A DNA stretch of 64,000 nucleotides from Obrimoposthia wandeli (GCA_977020255.1 CDROCS010000506.1:186001-250000), one strand, 5' to 3'; positions 17,301 through 29,487 are shown, counted from the stretch's first letter. Numbers and translations: made by a program. Notes: a model not told the origin generated them from the letters alone.

Positions 17301-18002
17301 TTAGCTTGCTAGGCTGTCATTAATTTCAGTTAATACCTGCATTGGTGATTCAGCTTGGGTAATTGGTCGACCAATCACTAAGTAATCAGCACCAGCGGCC
17401 ACCGCTTCAACAGGCGTCATAATACGGCGTTGATCGCCAGCTGCACTGCCTGCAGGACGAATACCTGGGGTAATTAACAGGAATGACTCACCAAGTGTTT
17501 CTTTCAGCATTGCTGCTTCCTGTGAAGAACACACCACACCGTCTAAGCCACTTTTCTGCGTTAGCGTCGCTAAACGAACAACTTGCTCCGCAGGGCTAAT
17601 GTTAACACCCATTTGCGCTAAATCTTCTTGTTCCATACTTGTTAGTACAGTCACGGCAATTAGAATTGGCGCTTTATCACCATATGGCACTAATGCTGCT
17701 TTTGCAGCTTCCATCATACGTTGACCACCACAAGCATGTACATTCACCATCCACACGCCCAGCTCAGCGGCTGCAGCAACGGCTTTAGCAACGGTATTTG
17801 GAATGTCATGAAATTTAAGATCTAAGAACACATCAAAATCACGCGCAACTAATTTGCGAACGAACTCAGGTCCAAATAACGTAAACATTTCTTTACCAAC
17901 TTTTAAACGACATTGGCTAGGATTGATTTTATCAACAAAATTCAATGCACTTGCTTCATCAGCATAATCAAGTGCGACTACTACTTTACTATCTTGCAAC
18001 AT
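17301..18002 (-). CDS. pyrF: Orotidine-5'-phosphate decarboxylase
   Basis: [25 protein letters not shown]. Confidence 0.97.
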   Translation of the reverse strand: MLQDSKVVVALDYADEASALNFVDKINPSQCRLKVGKEMFTLFGPEFVRKLVARDFDVFLDLKFHDIPNTVAKAVAAAAELGVWMVNVHACGGQRMMEAAKAALVPYGDKAPILIAVTVLTSMEQEDLAQMGVNISPAEQVVRLATLTQKSGLDGVVCSSQEAAMLKETLGESFLLITPGIRPAGSAAGDQRRIMTPVEAVAAGADYLVIGRPITQAESPMQVLTEINDSLAS

Positions 18003-18096
18003 ATCTCTTCCTAGGTCCGGTTAATCATTATCGTATTCTTGTTATATTATCTATCGCGATTATCTATCGTTAATAGACATGGATTATGAGGTCTCG

Positions 18097-19266
18097 CTAT
18101 TCGCCATCTAATCCACGAATTGGTTTAACGCTGCCCCAACGCTTACACGATGGGCAATGCCAGTAAATACTTTTAGTACTAAATCCACATTTACGACAGC
18201 GGTAAATCGGCTTTAACTTAAGCTGCTCACCAACTAGATTCCGTAACATGGTTAAACTTTCTTTTGCTTTCCCTTCTTCAGCAGCCCGCTCTTGGTATTG
18301 CATCAGGTGATAAAAGCCTTTCATCGTTGGGGTGCGGACAATTTGATTTAAAATCAACTTTTCTGCCGGTTCTAAGCCAACACTACTTACGGTAAAATCA
18401 GCTAATTCAATAGCTACACTGATACCCGCTTTATTATTTTGAGCATCGTTGAGAAAGTGAATAAAACCGTCTTCATCGTTAATTTCAACGTAGCAATTTT
18501 TTAGTTTCTGTAATATTTCGGTAACAAAATCGATATCCTGAATCATGACATGTTCAAGCCAAACAATGGCTTTTTTATGTTCCCCTTGCTCAATGTGCAA
18601 ATCAGCAAGCATAATACTTGCTCTCACACAGAGCTTGTCATGCTGCAGGGCTTTTTTAAGGCTTGCTAAACGTTTCTTGGGTTCATTAAGCAACGCTGGT
18701 GATTTCGCTAACTCACAATAAAAATGAGCCACTTTGCGTTCAATCTTAACATCACCTAATTTCTTCAATTTATTACCTATCGCAATCGCTTGTTCCCATT
18801 CTTTAGTTTGTTCATAAATAATAATGAGTTGCGATAATGCGACTTGACGATGATCAGGTTCATCAATCAATTTCAAAAATAATTCTTCGGCTCGATCAAC
18901 TAATCCAGCAGCAAGGTAATCCCGCGCGAGTTGTAATAAAGCCAGGTTACGCTGTTCATGCGTCAATGACGGGCGGGCAATCAGGTTTTGGTGGATCTTA
19001 ATTGCGCGTTGTACTTCGCCACGTTGACGAAATAAATTGCCAAGTGCTAAATGCGTATCGATTGTTTCGCTATCAACATCGAGTAAATCGATAAATAAAT
19101 CAACCGCTTTATCAGGTTGGTCTGATAATAAAAAGTTAAGACCGGTTACATACTCTCTAGAGATCGTATGTTGCTTATCTTGTTGTAAATAGCGGCCATT
19201 TCTTCTACCCATATACCAGCCATAAGCAGCTGCGACAGGAAGTAAAAGAAATAAAAGTTCAAACAT
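18097..19266 (-). CDS. lapB: LPS assembly protein B (TPR + rubredoxin)
   Basis: LLLPVAAAYGW TM, TPRs, CRKCGF...WHCPSC. Confidence 0.95.
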   Translation of the reverse strand: MFELLFLLLPVAAAYGWYMGRRNGRYLQQDKQHTISREYVTGLNFLLSDQPDKAVDLFIDLLDVDSETIDTHLALGNLFRQRGEVQRAIKIHQNLIARPSLTHEQRNLALLQLARDYLAAGLVDRAEELFLKLIDEPDHRQVALSQLIIIYEQTKEWEQAIAIGNKLKKLGDVKIERKVAHFYCELAKSPALLNEPKKRLASLKKALQHDKLCVRASIMLADLHIEQGEHKKAIVWLEHVMIQDIDFVTEILQKLKNCYVEINDEDGFIHFLNDAQNNKAGISVAIELADFTVSSVGLEPAEKLILNQIVRTPTMKGFYHLMQYQERAAEEGKAKESLTMLRNLVGEQLKLKPIYRCRKCGFSTKSIYWHCPSCKRWGSVKPIRGLDGE

Positions 19267-19274
19267 AGAGTAAC

Positions 19275-19562
19275 TTAACCTTTAATGTCGGTTGTACGTA
19301 ATCGCTCAAGCTCTGTCACTTGACGTTTAGATTTACGTTTTATTTTTGACAGTGACATTTTTAATTTCATCACGATTAAAGTCATGCAAACACCTGCAAC
19401 AACTAAACCAGAAATAAATGCACCAACAAGCAAAGAAGATAATTTAAATGAATCTAATGCGATTAGATAATTAAAATCGACTAACTGATCGTTACTCGCA
19501 GCAAATGCAGCTGCTAGCGCCAGTGTACAAGCGATAATAATAAAAAAGATAAATGATTTCAT
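19275..19562 (-). CDS. lapA: LPS assembly protein A
   Basis: Two TM, NDQLVDFNYL, position between ihfB and lapB. Confidence 0.85.
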   Translation of the reverse strand: MKSFIFFIIIACTLALAAAFAASNDQLVDFNYLIALDSFKLSSLLVGAFISGLVVAGVCMTLIVMKLKMSLSKIKRKSKRQVTELERLRTTDIKG

Positions 19563-19716
19563 CGACGTCCTCTGTGATATGAATTAGTAATACAAGGGAT
19601 TATCGCCAAAAAATGGGTCAAGTGCTAGTAATATATGGTGCAATCCAAAACTACTGCTTTCTTCTAGTATACAAACAACACAACAACTCAGTGTCGTTCG
19701 CTAAAAAAATGTAAAA

Positions 19717-19746
19717 AAAAACGACATACCTAGGTATGTCGTTTTT
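19717..19746 (-). terminator. Intrinsic terminator after ihfB
   Basis: Perfect palindrome AAAAACGACATACCTAGGTATGTCGTTTTT. Confidence 0.75.
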
Positions 19747-19760
19747 GCAAGTATCAACTA

Positions 19761-20045
19761 CTATAACGAAGCGTTAACACGATCTCGAAGTTCCTTACCA
19801 GGTTTGAAATGAGGAACATATTTTCCCTCTAATTCAACCTTTTCACCTGACTTAGGATTGCGCCCAACTCGAGGTTCACGGTAATGTAGAGAAAAGCTTC
19901 CAAAACCTCGAATTTCAATTCGATCGCCAGTAGCCAAAGTATCTACCATCTGATCCAGTATAGCCTTCACAGATAATTCAACATCTTTAGTCGCCAGCTG
20001 CGAATTTGCAGTGCAAAGACGTTCGATCAGTTCAGATTTTGTCAT
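19761..20045 (-). CDS. ihfB: Integration host factor beta
   Basis: [34 protein letters not shown]. Confidence 0.97.
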   Translation of the reverse strand: MTKSELIERLCTANSQLATKDVELSVKAILDQMVDTLATGDRIEIRGFGSFSLHYREPRVGRNPKSGEKVELEGKYVPHFKPGKELRDRVNASL

Positions 20046-20113
20046 ATAATCTCCATTAAGAATATTGTCGACATCGTACTAATTAAGGGATGAATTAACA
20101 TCCCTCAGGCTTA

Positions 20114-21781
20114 TTATTCGCCTTTAGCAGCTTTAAATGCTTCTGCCATAGCAGAAAGACCAGACTCTTGCGGTTGGCTGTTTACACTAGCCATTGCTTC
20201 TTTCTCGTCAGCTTCATCTTTAGCTTTAACTGAAAGACTAATTACGCGGTTTTTACGATCAACACCAACATATTTAGCTTCAAGTGATTCGCCTACAGAT
20301 AATACTAAGCTTGCATCTTCGATACGGTCGCGAGAGATATCGCCAACACGGATGTAACCTTCAACGCCTTTAGCTAATTCAATTGTTGCGCCTTTAGCGT
20401 CAACTGAAGTAACTGTACCATTAACAATAGCATTCTTCTTGTTATTAGCTAGGTATTCGTTGAACGGGTCTTCATCAATTTGCTTGATGCCTAAAGAAAT
20501 ACGTTCACGCTCAGGGTCTACTTGTAGAACGATAGCTGTGATTTCGTCGCCTTTCTTATATTCACGAACGGCTTCTTCACCAGTAGCATCCCAAGAGATG
20601 TCTGAAAGATGAACTAGACCGTCAATGCCGCCGTCAAGACCGATGAAGATACCGAAATCTGTAATAGATTTGATCTTACCAGTAACTTGCTCGCCTTTAA
20701 TGCGTGAAGTTGAGAAGTTTTCCCAAGGATTAGCAATACATTGCTTAAGACCTAGAGAGATACGACGACGTTCTTCGTCGATATCAAGAACCATAACTTC
20801 AACAGAATCGCCAACATTAACCACTTTAGAAGGGTGAATGTTTTTGTTTGTCCAATCCATTTCAGAAACGTGAACTAAACCTTCAACGCCTTCTTCAATT
20901 TCAACGAAACAACCGTAGTCAGTTAAGTTCGTAACTTTACCCGTAAGCTTAGTGCTTTCTGGGTAACGTTTAGCGATAGCTACCCATGGATCTTCACCAA
21001 GCTGTTTAAGGCCTAGAGATACACGTGTACGTTCGCGGTCGAATTTAAGAACTTTAACGTTGATTTCATCGCCAACATTAACGATTTCACTTGGGTGCTT
21101 AACGCGTTTCCAAGCCATATCAGTAATGTGTAGAAGACCATCAACACCACCAAGATCAACGAATGCGCCATAGTCCGTAAGGTTCTTAACGATACCTTTA
21201 ACTTCTTGACCTTCTTGAAGGTTAGCAAGAAGTTCTTCACGTTCTGCACTGTTTTCAGTTTCGATAACTGCGCGACGTGAAACAACTACGTTGTTACGTT
21301 TTTGGTCAAGTTTGATTACTTTGAACTCTAACTCTTTGCCTTCAAGGTGAGTAGTGTCACGTACAGGACGAACGTCTACTAAAGAACCTGGTAAGAATGC
21401 GCGAATAGTGTTCACTTCAACCGTGAAACCGCCTTTAACTTTACCGTTGATAACACCGATAACAGTTTCTTGGTCTTCGTATGCTTTTTCAAGCTGAATC
21501 CAAGACTCGTGACGTTTAGCTTTTTCACGAGAAAGTTGAGTTTCACCGAAACCATCTTCAATTGATTCTAGTGCTACATCAACTTCTTGACCAACTTCAA
21601 CTTCAAGTTCGCCAGCAGCGTTCTTGAATTCTTCAGCAGGAATAGAAGATTCTGATTTAAGACCAGCGTCAACTAAAACGTAACCGTTTTCGATTGCAAC
21701 AACAGTTGCCTTGATAATGCTACCAGGAGCAGCAAGTTCTTGTAGTGACTCTTCAAAGAGTAAAGCGAAAGATTCATTCAT
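20114..21781 (-). CDS. rpsA: 30S ribosomal protein S1
   Basis: Six S1 repeats ([15 protein letters not shown] etc.), 555 aa. Confidence 0.98.
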   Translation of the reverse strand: MNESFALLFEESLQELAAPGSIIKATVVAIENGYVLVDAGLKSESSIPAEEFKNAAGELEVEVGQEVDVALESIEDGFGETQLSREKAKRHESWIQLEKAYEDQETVIGVINGKVKGGFTVEVNTIRAFLPGSLVDVRPVRDTTHLEGKELEFKVIKLDQKRNNVVVSRRAVIETENSAEREELLANLQEGQEVKGIVKNLTDYGAFVDLGGVDGLLHITDMAWKRVKHPSEIVNVGDEINVKVLKFDRERTRVSLGLKQLGEDPWVAIAKRYPESTKLTGKVTNLTDYGCFVEIEEGVEGLVHVSEMDWTNKNIHPSKVVNVGDSVEVMVLDIDEERRRISLGLKQCIANPWENFSTSRIKGEQVTGKIKSITDFGIFIGLDGGIDGLVHLSDISWDATGEEAVREYKKGDEITAIVLQVDPERERISLGIKQIDEDPFNEYLANNKKNAIVNGTVTSVDAKGATIELAKGVEGYIRVGDISRDRIEDASLVLSVGESLEAKYVGVDRKNRVISLSVKAKDEADEKEAMASVNSQPQESGLSAMAEAFKAAKGE

Positions 21782-21903
21782 AATGAGTTATATGTACTTA
21801 TAAAACGTTCACATAAGCAATCCGGCTAATGTGGGTTGTTAATCAAAAGTCATCATCATCCTTGATGCTTGACTGCTAAATAATCGACAGAATATCGACT
21901 ACC

Positions 21904-22578
21904 TTAAATTTTCCCTTCTGCAAAAGCCAACACACTAGCAACTACGTCCTCGATCGACATAGATGTCGAATCGATAACCAGTGCATCATCTGCAGGCTTT
22001 AATGGAGCGACCGGTCGATTGCGATCTTGATGATCACGCTTTTCGATCTCTTCCAGAAGGGCTGACATGCTAACATCGAAGCCTTTGTCTTGCAACTGAT
22101 TAAAGCGGCGAACAGCCCTTTCTTCAGCAGATGCATCTAAAAATATTTTTACCGGAGCATCAGTGAATACCACAGTGCCCATATCACGCCCATCGGCAAT
22201 CAGCCCTGGTGCGGTGCGAAAGTCACGTTGGCGTTGTAATAACGCTGCGCGCACAGCCGGATAAACCGCAGCTCGAGAGGCTGCAAAGCCCGCTTCTTCA
22301 GTACGGATTTCACGTGATACATTTTCGCCTTCTAGGATAACTTGTAACCCGTTATCAGTCGGTTCGAAACGTACGTCAAGGTTAGCTGCAAGCGCCGTTA
22401 ACCCTTCTTCGTTGTCCAAATCAACATGACGATGCATCGCAGCTAATGCTAAAACACGATAAATGGCACCACTATCTAGTATATGCCAACCTAGCTTAGC
22501 CGCAAGTAATTGGCATAAAGTACCTTTACCAGAGCCACTCGGCCCATCGACTGTAATAATTGGTGCTACTGCGGTCAT
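21904..22578 (-). CDS. cmk: Cytidylate kinase
   Basis: [17 protein letters not shown]; start after GGAG RBS at 22578. Confidence 0.96.
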   Translation of the reverse strand: MTAVAPIITVDGPSGSGKGTLCQLLAAKLGWHILDSGAIYRVLALAAMHRHVDLDNEEGLTALAANLDVRFEPTDNGLQVILEGENVSREIRTEEAGFAASRAAVYPAVRAALLQRQRDFRTAPGLIADGRDMGTVVFTDAPVKIFLDASAEERAVRRFNQLQDKGFDVSMSALLEEIEKRDHQDRNRPVAPLKPADDALVIDSTSMSIEDVVASVLAFAEGKI

Positions 22579-22688
22579 AAATTCTCCAAACTCAATATCT
22601 AACATGCAACTTTATACTGTGCCGCATGGATCTGGCGGCGATTATAACGGATCTGTATGAAAAGTGTATGGATTAATAACCACAAATA

Positions 22689-22729
22689 AAAAAGCGAGGT
22701 ATCACCTTATCAGTAATACCTCGCTTTTT
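22689..22729 (-). terminator. Intrinsic terminator after aroA
   Basis: AAAAAGCGAGGTAT...ATACCTCGCTTTTT. Confidence 0.65.
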
Positions 22730-22780
22730 AAGATTGATACTGACGAACAATATCAATGATCAAGACAGTTTATTGATTGC

Positions 22781-24064
22781 TTATGCTTGCACTAAACTAG
22801 CAAAACGGTCGAAATAGTCTGGGAACGTTTTTGATGTACAACCAGGATCATTAATCGTTACCGGTGTATCACTTAATGCTACAAGTGAGAAACACATCGC
22901 CATACGATGGTCGTCATAAGTATCAATCGCGGCATGAATCAACTGTGCAGGAGGGGTGATTTTAATATAGTCATTACCCTCTTCAACTTCTGCGCCAACT
23001 TTACGTAACTCAGTCGCCATCGCCGCTAAACGGTCAGTTTCTTTCACGCGCCAGTTGTATACATTACGGATAACTGTCGTACCTTTTGCAAACAATGCTG
23101 TTGTCGCAATGGTCATCGCCGCATCTGGAATGTGGTTCATGTCTAAATCAACAGCCGTTAATTCACCTACTTCAGCTTCAATATAGCTATCAGCCCAGGT
23201 AATCTTACCGCCCATCGCTTCAATCACATCAGCAAACTGGATATCACCTTGGATTGAGTTTTTACCAATACCGGTCACACGGATCTTACCGCCTTTGATT
23301 GCAGCAGCAGCAAGGAAGTAAGACGCAGAAGATGCATCGCCTTCAACTAAGAAGTCACCTGCAGCTTGATAAGTTTGCTGACCTTTAATAGTAAAGGTCT
23401 GGTAATTATCATGGCTTACCGTCACACCAAATTGCGCCATAATATGCAGGGTAATTTCGATATACGGTTTCGACACAAGTTCACCGACAATTTCAATTGT
23501 CGTGTCATTTTCAGCCAAAGGCGCTGCCATTAAAAATGCGGTTAAGAATTGGCTTGATACACTGCCATCAATCTTAATATTACCGCCTTTTAAGCCAGTA
23601 CCTTTAATTAATACCGGTGGATAATCAACATTCTTTAAATAAGTAACATCTGCACCCGCTTGGCGTAAGCTATCAACTAGGCTACCAATTGGGCGCTCTT
23701 CCATACGCGGTTCGCCAGTGAGTTCAAACTCACCTTCGCTCAAACATAATGCCGCGCATAAAGGACGCATAGCAGTGCCCGCATTACCTAAAAATAATTC
23801 CAATTTTTCTGTGGCAGAAAAAGCACGGCCTAAACCAGTGACAGTACAAATTGTCTTACAGGCAGACAGATCATACTGTACACCCAGTTTTGTCAGTGCA
23901 TTTAACATATGACGAATATCATCACTGTCTAATAAATTAGTTAAACGCGTCGTGCCTTCAGCTAACGCCGCAAGTAATAACGCACGGTTTGAAACGCTTT
24001 TAGAACCGGGTAAGTTAATCGTACCTGATACTTGGTCAATTGGTTGTAATGTTAATTTTTCCAT
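22781..24064 (-). CDS. aroA: EPSP synthase
   Basis: [36 protein letters not shown]. Confidence 0.97.
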   Translation of the reverse strand: MEKLTLQPIDQVSGTINLPGSKSVSNRALLLAALAEGTTRLTNLLDSDDIRHMLNALTKLGVQYDLSACKTICTVTGLGRAFSATEKLELFLGNAGTAMRPLCAALCLSEGEFELTGEPRMEERPIGSLVDSLRQAGADVTYLKNVDYPPVLIKGTGLKGGNIKIDGSVSSQFLTAFLMAAPLAENDTTIEIVGELVSKPYIEITLHIMAQFGVTVSHDNYQTFTIKGQQTYQAAGDFLVEGDASSASYFLAAAAIKGGKIRVTGIGKNSIQGDIQFADVIEAMGGKITWADSYIEAEVGELTAVDLDMNHIPDAAMTIATTALFAKGTTVIRNVYNWRVKETDRLAAMATELRKVGAEVEEGNDYIKITPPAQLIHAAIDTYDDHRMAMCFSLVALSDTPVTINDPGCTSKTFPDYFDRFASLVQA

Positions 24065-24203
24065 AAATTTATTCACTTAATTTTTAATATTTGATTCTCT
24101 ACATTCTGCTGTTTATAAGGGCTACACATAAAGCCTTAATACTGACCTAAATATAAACCTTCATTAACAGAAAACAGAATAAGGACTACAATCTTAACTG
24201 GTA

Positions 24204-25319
24204 TTACAGCGCGTCTAATTCAGCTAACACAGCCAGTAAGGCTTGCATAAATGTTTCATTTTCCAGTTCAGTACCAATGCTCACACGCAGGTGCTTGGTT
24301 AAACCATAACCCGCAACAGGTCGTACAATCACGCCTTTATGCAACAATGCTTGATAAACAGCAGCAGGATCTTGAGTAAGTTCCATGGTAATGAAATTAC
24401 CTTTAGATGGAATATAACCAATACCTTGTGCGCTGAAAAATGTTTCTAATACGGTGCGCTGCTGATTATTTAACGCCACACTGGCGGTTAAAAAATCGTG
24501 GTCAGACAATGCAGCTTCTGCAGCGGCTAATGCAAAGCTATTGCAATTAAATGGTTGGCGTACACGGTTTAGAATATCAGCAATATCAGGATGTGAAATG
24601 CTATAACCAACACGTAAACCAGCAAGGCCATAAGCTTTAGAGAATGTACGTGTAATGATTAGGTTCGAGAATTCCGTTAACCAGGTAATCGATGGCGCTT
24701 GCAGTTCTTTATCTACATACTCGAAATACGCTTCATCCAATACCACAATCACGTCTTTTGGCACATTACTCAAGAATTGGTATAACGCTTCAGCCGTTAA
24801 GAACGTACCCGTTGGATTATTTGGGTTGGCAATAAAGATAAGACGTGTGCGCTCTGTAATTGCCGCTAACATCGCCGGAAGATCATGCCCCCAGTCTTTA
24901 GCCGGAACCACAACACCTGTAGCGCCAATTGCTTGCGTCACTAATGGATACACTACAAAAGCATGCTGAGCAAAAATCACTTCGTGCTCAGGCGTCACAA
25001 AGCTGCGAGCGATGAGTTCGAGCACATCGTTTGAACCATTACCTAAGGTAAACTGTGCAGGCGCCAGATCGTATTTATCTGCCAGTGCTTGTTTTAAGTA
25101 AAAGCCATTCGCGTCTGGATATCGTGTGATACCCGATACTTCTTTCTCTAACGCGGCTTTAACTAACTCACCAACACCTAATGGATTCTCATTCGATGCT
25201 AATTTGACAATATTAGTTAGTCCCAATTCACGTTCTAATTCATCAGTCGGTTTTCCCGCTTGATAAGGGTGTAAACCTTGAACCCCTGTATTTGCTAAAG
25301 CAAAAAAATCACAACTCAT
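24204..25319 (-). CDS. hisC: Histidinol-phosphate/aromatic aminotransferase (HisC/HisH type)
   Basis: KLASNENP, NPNNPTG, DEAY, RTFSKAYGLAGLRVG. Confidence 0.9.
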   Translation of the reverse strand: MSCDFFALANTGVQGLHPYQAGKPTDELERELGLTNIVKLASNENPLGVGELVKAALEKEVSGITRYPDANGFYLKQALADKYDLAPAQFTLGNGSNDVLELIARSFVTPEHEVIFAQHAFVVYPLVTQAIGATGVVVPAKDWGHDLPAMLAAITERTRLIFIANPNNPTGTFLTAEALYQFLSNVPKDVIVVLDEAYFEYVDKELQAPSITWLTEFSNLIITRTFSKAYGLAGLRVGYSISHPDIADILNRVRQPFNCNSFALAAAEAALSDHDFLTASVALNNQQRTVLETFFSAQGIGYIPSKGNFITMELTQDPAAVYQALLHKGVIVRPVAGYGLTKHLRVSIGTELENETFMQALLAVLAELDAL

Positions 25320-25414
25320 ATCAAATCCTTGTAGTCGGCACTGCCGTGTTCAACCAATTTTGTCCATTGCCTTATAAGGCGACTATGTTGCTCTTATCTA
25401 GAGCACGCTGGCGA

Positions 25415-26506
25415 TTAACGCTGTTGGCGTTCAAAGTTTTCCATAAATTTAATTAACGCTTTCACACCTTCAATTGGCATCGCGTTATAAATACTTGCGC
25501 GCATACCACCGACAATTCGGTGACCTTTTAGCGCCATTAAATTAGCGTCTTGAGACTGTTGTAAAAACGCCGAGTCTAAGTCACTTGATGCTAATGTAAA
25601 CGGTATGTTCATTTTAGAACGGTTTACACTCGCCACATTATTGCTATAGAAATCGCTGCTATCAACGTAGTCATAAAGTAACTTGGCTTTTTCTGCATTA
25701 ATTTCTGCGATAGCAGACAGACCACCTTGGGCTTTTAACCACTTGAATACCAGTCCAGCTAAATACCAAGAATAAGTCGGTGGTGTGTTAAACATTGAAT
25801 CATTTTCAGCCATCAATTTATAATTGAAGATTGATGGGGTTTCTTGTCTGGCTTTATCGAGTAAATCATCACGCACAATCACCACACCTAAACCTGATGG
25901 ACCGATGTTTTTTTGTGCGCCGGCATAAACAATACCAAACTTGCTGATATCTAACGGCTTAGAAAGGATGTTTGATGACATATCAGCAACGAGTGGAATA
26001 TCGCCGGTATCAGGAATATCGTTAATTTCAATACCTTCAATGGTTTCGTTCGGGCAGTAGTGAACGTAAGCAGTATCTTTACTTGATACTTGCCATTGTG
26101 ACGCAGGTTTAACCGCAACAATACCATCTGTATTTGGCATGAGAATGTTCGATTCATTCACTGTGCAGTACTTTTTACCTTCAACAACCGCTGACTTTGA
26201 CCATTGACCTGTTAACAGGTAATCGGCTTGGGTTTTATCGCCAAGGATATTCAGTGGCACTGCAGCAAACTGACCGCGACCGCCACCTTGTGAAAAAATA
26301 ATTTTGTAGTTATCTGGAACCGCTAACAAATCACGCAGATCTTGTTCTGCTGCCGTCGCAACAGCCATGTAGTCTTTACTACGGTGGCTTAATTCCATTA
26401 CCGATACACCGGTATTATTCCAATTAATAAATTCTTTTTGGGCTTGTTCCATCACTGCAGCTGGCAACATTGCGGGACCAGCGCAAAAGTTATATGTCCG
26501 ACTCAT
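25415..26506 (-). CDS. serC: Phosphoserine aminotransferase
   Basis: [30 protein letters not shown]. Confidence 0.97.
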   Translation of the reverse strand: MSRTYNFCAGPAMLPAAVMEQAQKEFINWNNTGVSVMELSHRSKDYMAVATAAEQDLRDLLAVPDNYKIIFSQGGGRGQFAAVPLNILGDKTQADYLLTGQWSKSAVVEGKKYCTVNESNILMPNTDGIVAVKPASQWQVSSKDTAYVHYCPNETIEGIEINDIPDTGDIPLVADMSSNILSKPLDISKFGIVYAGAQKNIGPSGLGVVIVRDDLLDKARQETPSIFNYKLMAENDSMFNTPPTYSWYLAGLVFKWLKAQGGLSAIAEINAEKAKLLYDYVDSSDFYSNNVASVNRSKMNIPFTLASSDLDSAFLQQSQDANLMALKGHRIVGGMRASIYNAMPIEGVKALIKFMENFERQQR

Positions 26507-26755
26507 ATCAATTATCCTTGTTAACAATGCAGCTTAAACGGTTTAAACCTTTATTGGATGACCATCTAATGTAAGCGATTAACGTGGATTTTTAAAGTCT
26601 TTATTTTACTGCAAATAATTCACGATTAAGGCAATGCTTGCAGGGTATAAAAAACCAGAAGATTGACTGAACCACTTAGGGATTAAGGAGGGATTAAGTT
26701 ACGCTAATATCGTAAAAAAACGGGCACCCTGTAACACTTGATGGGTGCCATTTAA

Positions 26756-27028
26756 TTACTTTTCCACTTTCTTAGGTAGCGCTGATTTTGCGAAAAAGAA
26801 GATTAACGAACCAACAGCCATTGATAACATCGCCAATCCAAACTTAGCGTCACTGCCCATGCCAATAATGAGTAAAAATAAACCGATAACAATAAGTACA
26901 GAACCAGTGAACATCGCAGCGCGAGGATGCGTACTCACCAAACTAGCCTGTTTATTTAAGTCGTGATGCTTATGTGAATGCTTTGCTGCTTTACGTTTAT
27001 GCTTTCTGACTGTCATAATTTGCTCCAA
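26756..27028 (-). CDS. Small two-TM protein with His/Lys-rich N-terminus
   Basis: KHKRKAAKHSHKHH followed by two hydrophobic helices. Confidence 0.6.
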   Translation of the reverse strand: MEQIMTVRKHKRKAAKHSHKHHDLNKQASLVSTHPRAAMFTGSVLIVIGLFLLIIGMGSDAKFGLAMLSMAVGSLIFFFAKSALPKKVEK

Positions 27029-27071
27029 ACACTGGTAAATTAGATATGCTATCGATTACGTAAGATAGTGT

Positions 27072-28487
27072 TCACAATACTTTAACGCCTTCGATAATAT
27101 CCATCGGCGTTAACGCGTAATTATTTTTTGTATAATTCGTTGCGGCCATACCGTGCGCTAAGCTGGCTGTAATGGTTGCGTTAATAGCACTATATCCTTG
27201 AGTTAACAGCGACGCAATCAATCCAGTTAACACATCTCCAGTTCCGCCTTTACTGAGCGCATTATTTCCCAAAGTGTTGATGTAGAGCATATTATTATAG
27301 CTAATAAGTGAGTTCGCGCCTTTTAATAGCAGTACCGTTTGGGGATAGTGACTAGCAAACATCCGCACATACTTAAATCGATTACGTTGCAATTCGGCTA
27401 CGGTGATATCTGCTAGTTTAGTCAATTTCAACAAAGAACAGAATTCTTTAGGGTGTGGTGTTAGCACCACGTTTTCACGATTTAAAATAGTAAGGATAAT
27501 GTCATCATGAAATAAATCCGCATCAATTACTTTTGACAGTTCATTGTTTAAGATCTGTTGCACTTCCGCTTTTTTAAAATAGCCGAGCCCCATACCGATT
27601 GCGATCGCGGTGGAGTTTTCTGGCAAAACAGATTTTTGCATAATATGACACGGTAGATTTATCTCTTGATCTGTAATGACAGTAACCAAACCCGCACCAA
27701 ACGCAAAAGCAGCCTCGGCGGCAATAATACCAGCCCCGGTTTTATTACCGACGATCACGCTTAAATGGCCAAATGTACCTTTGTGTGAGTTTTGTTTTGT
27801 GCGTAATGGTAATTTCATATCCACGGAGTCTAAAAGAAAGGTATTAGTATTAGCTTCATAAATGCTTCGATGCACACCTAAATCACTGACTGTGATATCT
27901 CCCGTGTGATCTTTAGCGACATCACTGTAGAGCTGCGTTTTCAATGCTCCCATGGTGATAGTGATATCAGCGCAAAAAGCAACAAGACTAACCCTGCCCT
28001 GCTTATCTAATCCAGACGGAATATCACACGCAATTTTATATCCCGACAACGCGTTAAGCTGTTTCAGCAAACACTGCGACGCCTCATCCAAATCTCGGTT
28101 TAACCCTGAGCCGAAAAGGCAGTCAACAATAACATCAGGAGCATGTTCAAGTGATCGTTCCAATAGACCAGATAGGTCATCAACAATATTGACACCAAGA
28201 ATCTTGGCTCTTTTATGTTGCAGCTTGGCCATCGCAGATTTAGCCTGATACGGCATAAGCAAACTGACATCATATTGTGAATATAAAAGTCTGGCGAGCG
28301 CGATGCCATCGGCGCCATTGTTACCTGAACCACTGACGATAAGGATCTTGGCGTTATTTAAAAACTTACTGTGTATATGCCGCATCATTGACGCTGCGGC
28401 ATGTTCCATCAGTAAATCTTCGCTTAACCCAAATTCATCACAGCATCTGTTATCCAAAGCGTTCACATCATCAAATACTTTTTGCAT
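27072..28487 (-). CDS. nnr: Bifunctional NAD(P)H-hydrate epimerase/dehydratase
   Basis: LMEHAA, GSGNNGADG, DIPSG, SHKGTFG, TPHPKEF, KGGTGDVL. Confidence 0.92.
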   Translation of the reverse strand: MQKVFDDVNALDNRCCDEFGLSEDLLMEHAAASMMRHIHSKFLNNAKILIVSGSGNNGADGIALARLLYSQYDVSLLMPYQAKSAMAKLQHKRAKILGVNIVDDLSGLLERSLEHAPDVIVDCLFGSGLNRDLDEASQCLLKQLNALSGYKIACDIPSGLDKQGRVSLVAFCADITITMGALKTQLYSDVAKDHTGDITVSDLGVHRSIYEANTNTFLLDSVDMKLPLRTKQNSHKGTFGHLSVIVGNKTGAGIIAAEAAFAFGAGLVTVITDQEINLPCHIMQKSVLPENSTAIAIGMGLGYFKKAEVQQILNNELSKVIDADLFHDDIILTILNRENVVLTPHPKEFCSLLKLTKLADITVAELQRNRFKYVRMFASHYPQTVLLLKGANSLISYNNMLYINTLGNNALSKGGTGDVLTGLIASLLTQGYSAINATITASLAHGMAATNYTKNNYALTPMDIIEGVKVL

Positions 28488-28598
28488 CTTGTTACTCCAG
28501 TATAGATCGAATCAGATTAAGTAAATAACCGCACAACTCAGTTTTAGAGTCCTTGATGCACTAAGAAAGCCAATGTTATCGCTTAAAAATAAAAACCA

Positions 28599-29315
28599 TT
28601 ACTTTAATATACATTGACCAAATGTATCAGGATTATGAAAATTTGGTTTTTCTGTTTGTGGGTCTATCCATGTCATCCAACCCATGTCTAACTTATTATT
28701 TTCAATCGGTGTAAACTCAGCGCGCATTAACGCACAAAGTAAAACTGATTGTTTTTCATCTTGCCATAAACCTAACGCTGTAATTTTGGCGCGTGGTAAC
28801 TTTATTTCAACGGTGTATCCCTTCAGATCGTGACTTGCGGCATATTCTAGACTTCCCCATGAAAAACTATCATCTAATGATGTACGCTTTTTCAGGGCCA
28901 CATCATAAGTCGCTTCCGCACTGTATATCTGCGCGTTTGGATCAATTTCCATTGTATAGTAAGTCGATAACTGGGCATCTTTAGCTAAGAATATTTCAAC
29001 TCGATCAGAATCTAACGCACCACGTGCAGGATCAGACCCGATAGCTAAGACAGAATCTGCAACCTTATATCGGAAATAAACCGCATTCGTATCCCATAGT
29101 GCTTTAAACTCGGTTTCAGGGGCTGGATCCGCTCGCCAAGGAAACGTAAAATTGGTTAAAGCTTGCGCCTGTTCCCAGGCAGCATCACTACCCTTACCAT
29201 CAATGACAGGAGCAGAATCTGTATGTTTGATGTTATAAATATGCTCTGCAGCATAAACCTGAGTTACAGCTAAACAGCTGAACATAAGTGGTATTAATTT
29301 TATTATTTTTTTCAT
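28599..29315 (-). CDS. Secreted CBM9/DOMON-like sugar-binding protein
   Basis: Signal peptide; PVIDG..AW, FKALWD, DRVEIF, PNFH motifs. Confidence 0.7.
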   Translation of the reverse strand: MKKIIKLIPLMFSCLAVTQVYAAEHIYNIKHTDSAPVIDGKGSDAAWEQAQALTNFTFPWRADPAPETEFKALWDTNAVYFRYKVADSVLAIGSDPARGALDSDRVEIFLAKDAQLSTYYTMEIDPNAQIYSAEATYDVALKKRTSLDDSFSWGSLEYAASHDLKGYTVEIKLPRAKITALGLWQDEKQSVLLCALMRAEFTPIENNKLDMGWMTWIDPQTEKPNFHNPDTFGQCILK

Positions 29316-29487
29316 TATTTATCCATTCCATTAATATTGATTCAATTATTTCAAACCCAAAACCTTCATCTACTTTCAAAGTATTACGTTTAGGGCTGGT
29401 AAATCAATGAATTTGGATCGTTTATTTGAATTAAAGCATGAAAAAAGATAAATAAAAGTTAACGAAAAAAATAAAATCATGGAAAAC

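Noticed and set aside
20064-20075. ATTGTCGACAT upstream of ihfB and TATTGTCGAC near 31524 as extra PrpR sites
   Set aside because: Incomplete palindromes beside genes unrelated to propionate; plausibly chance
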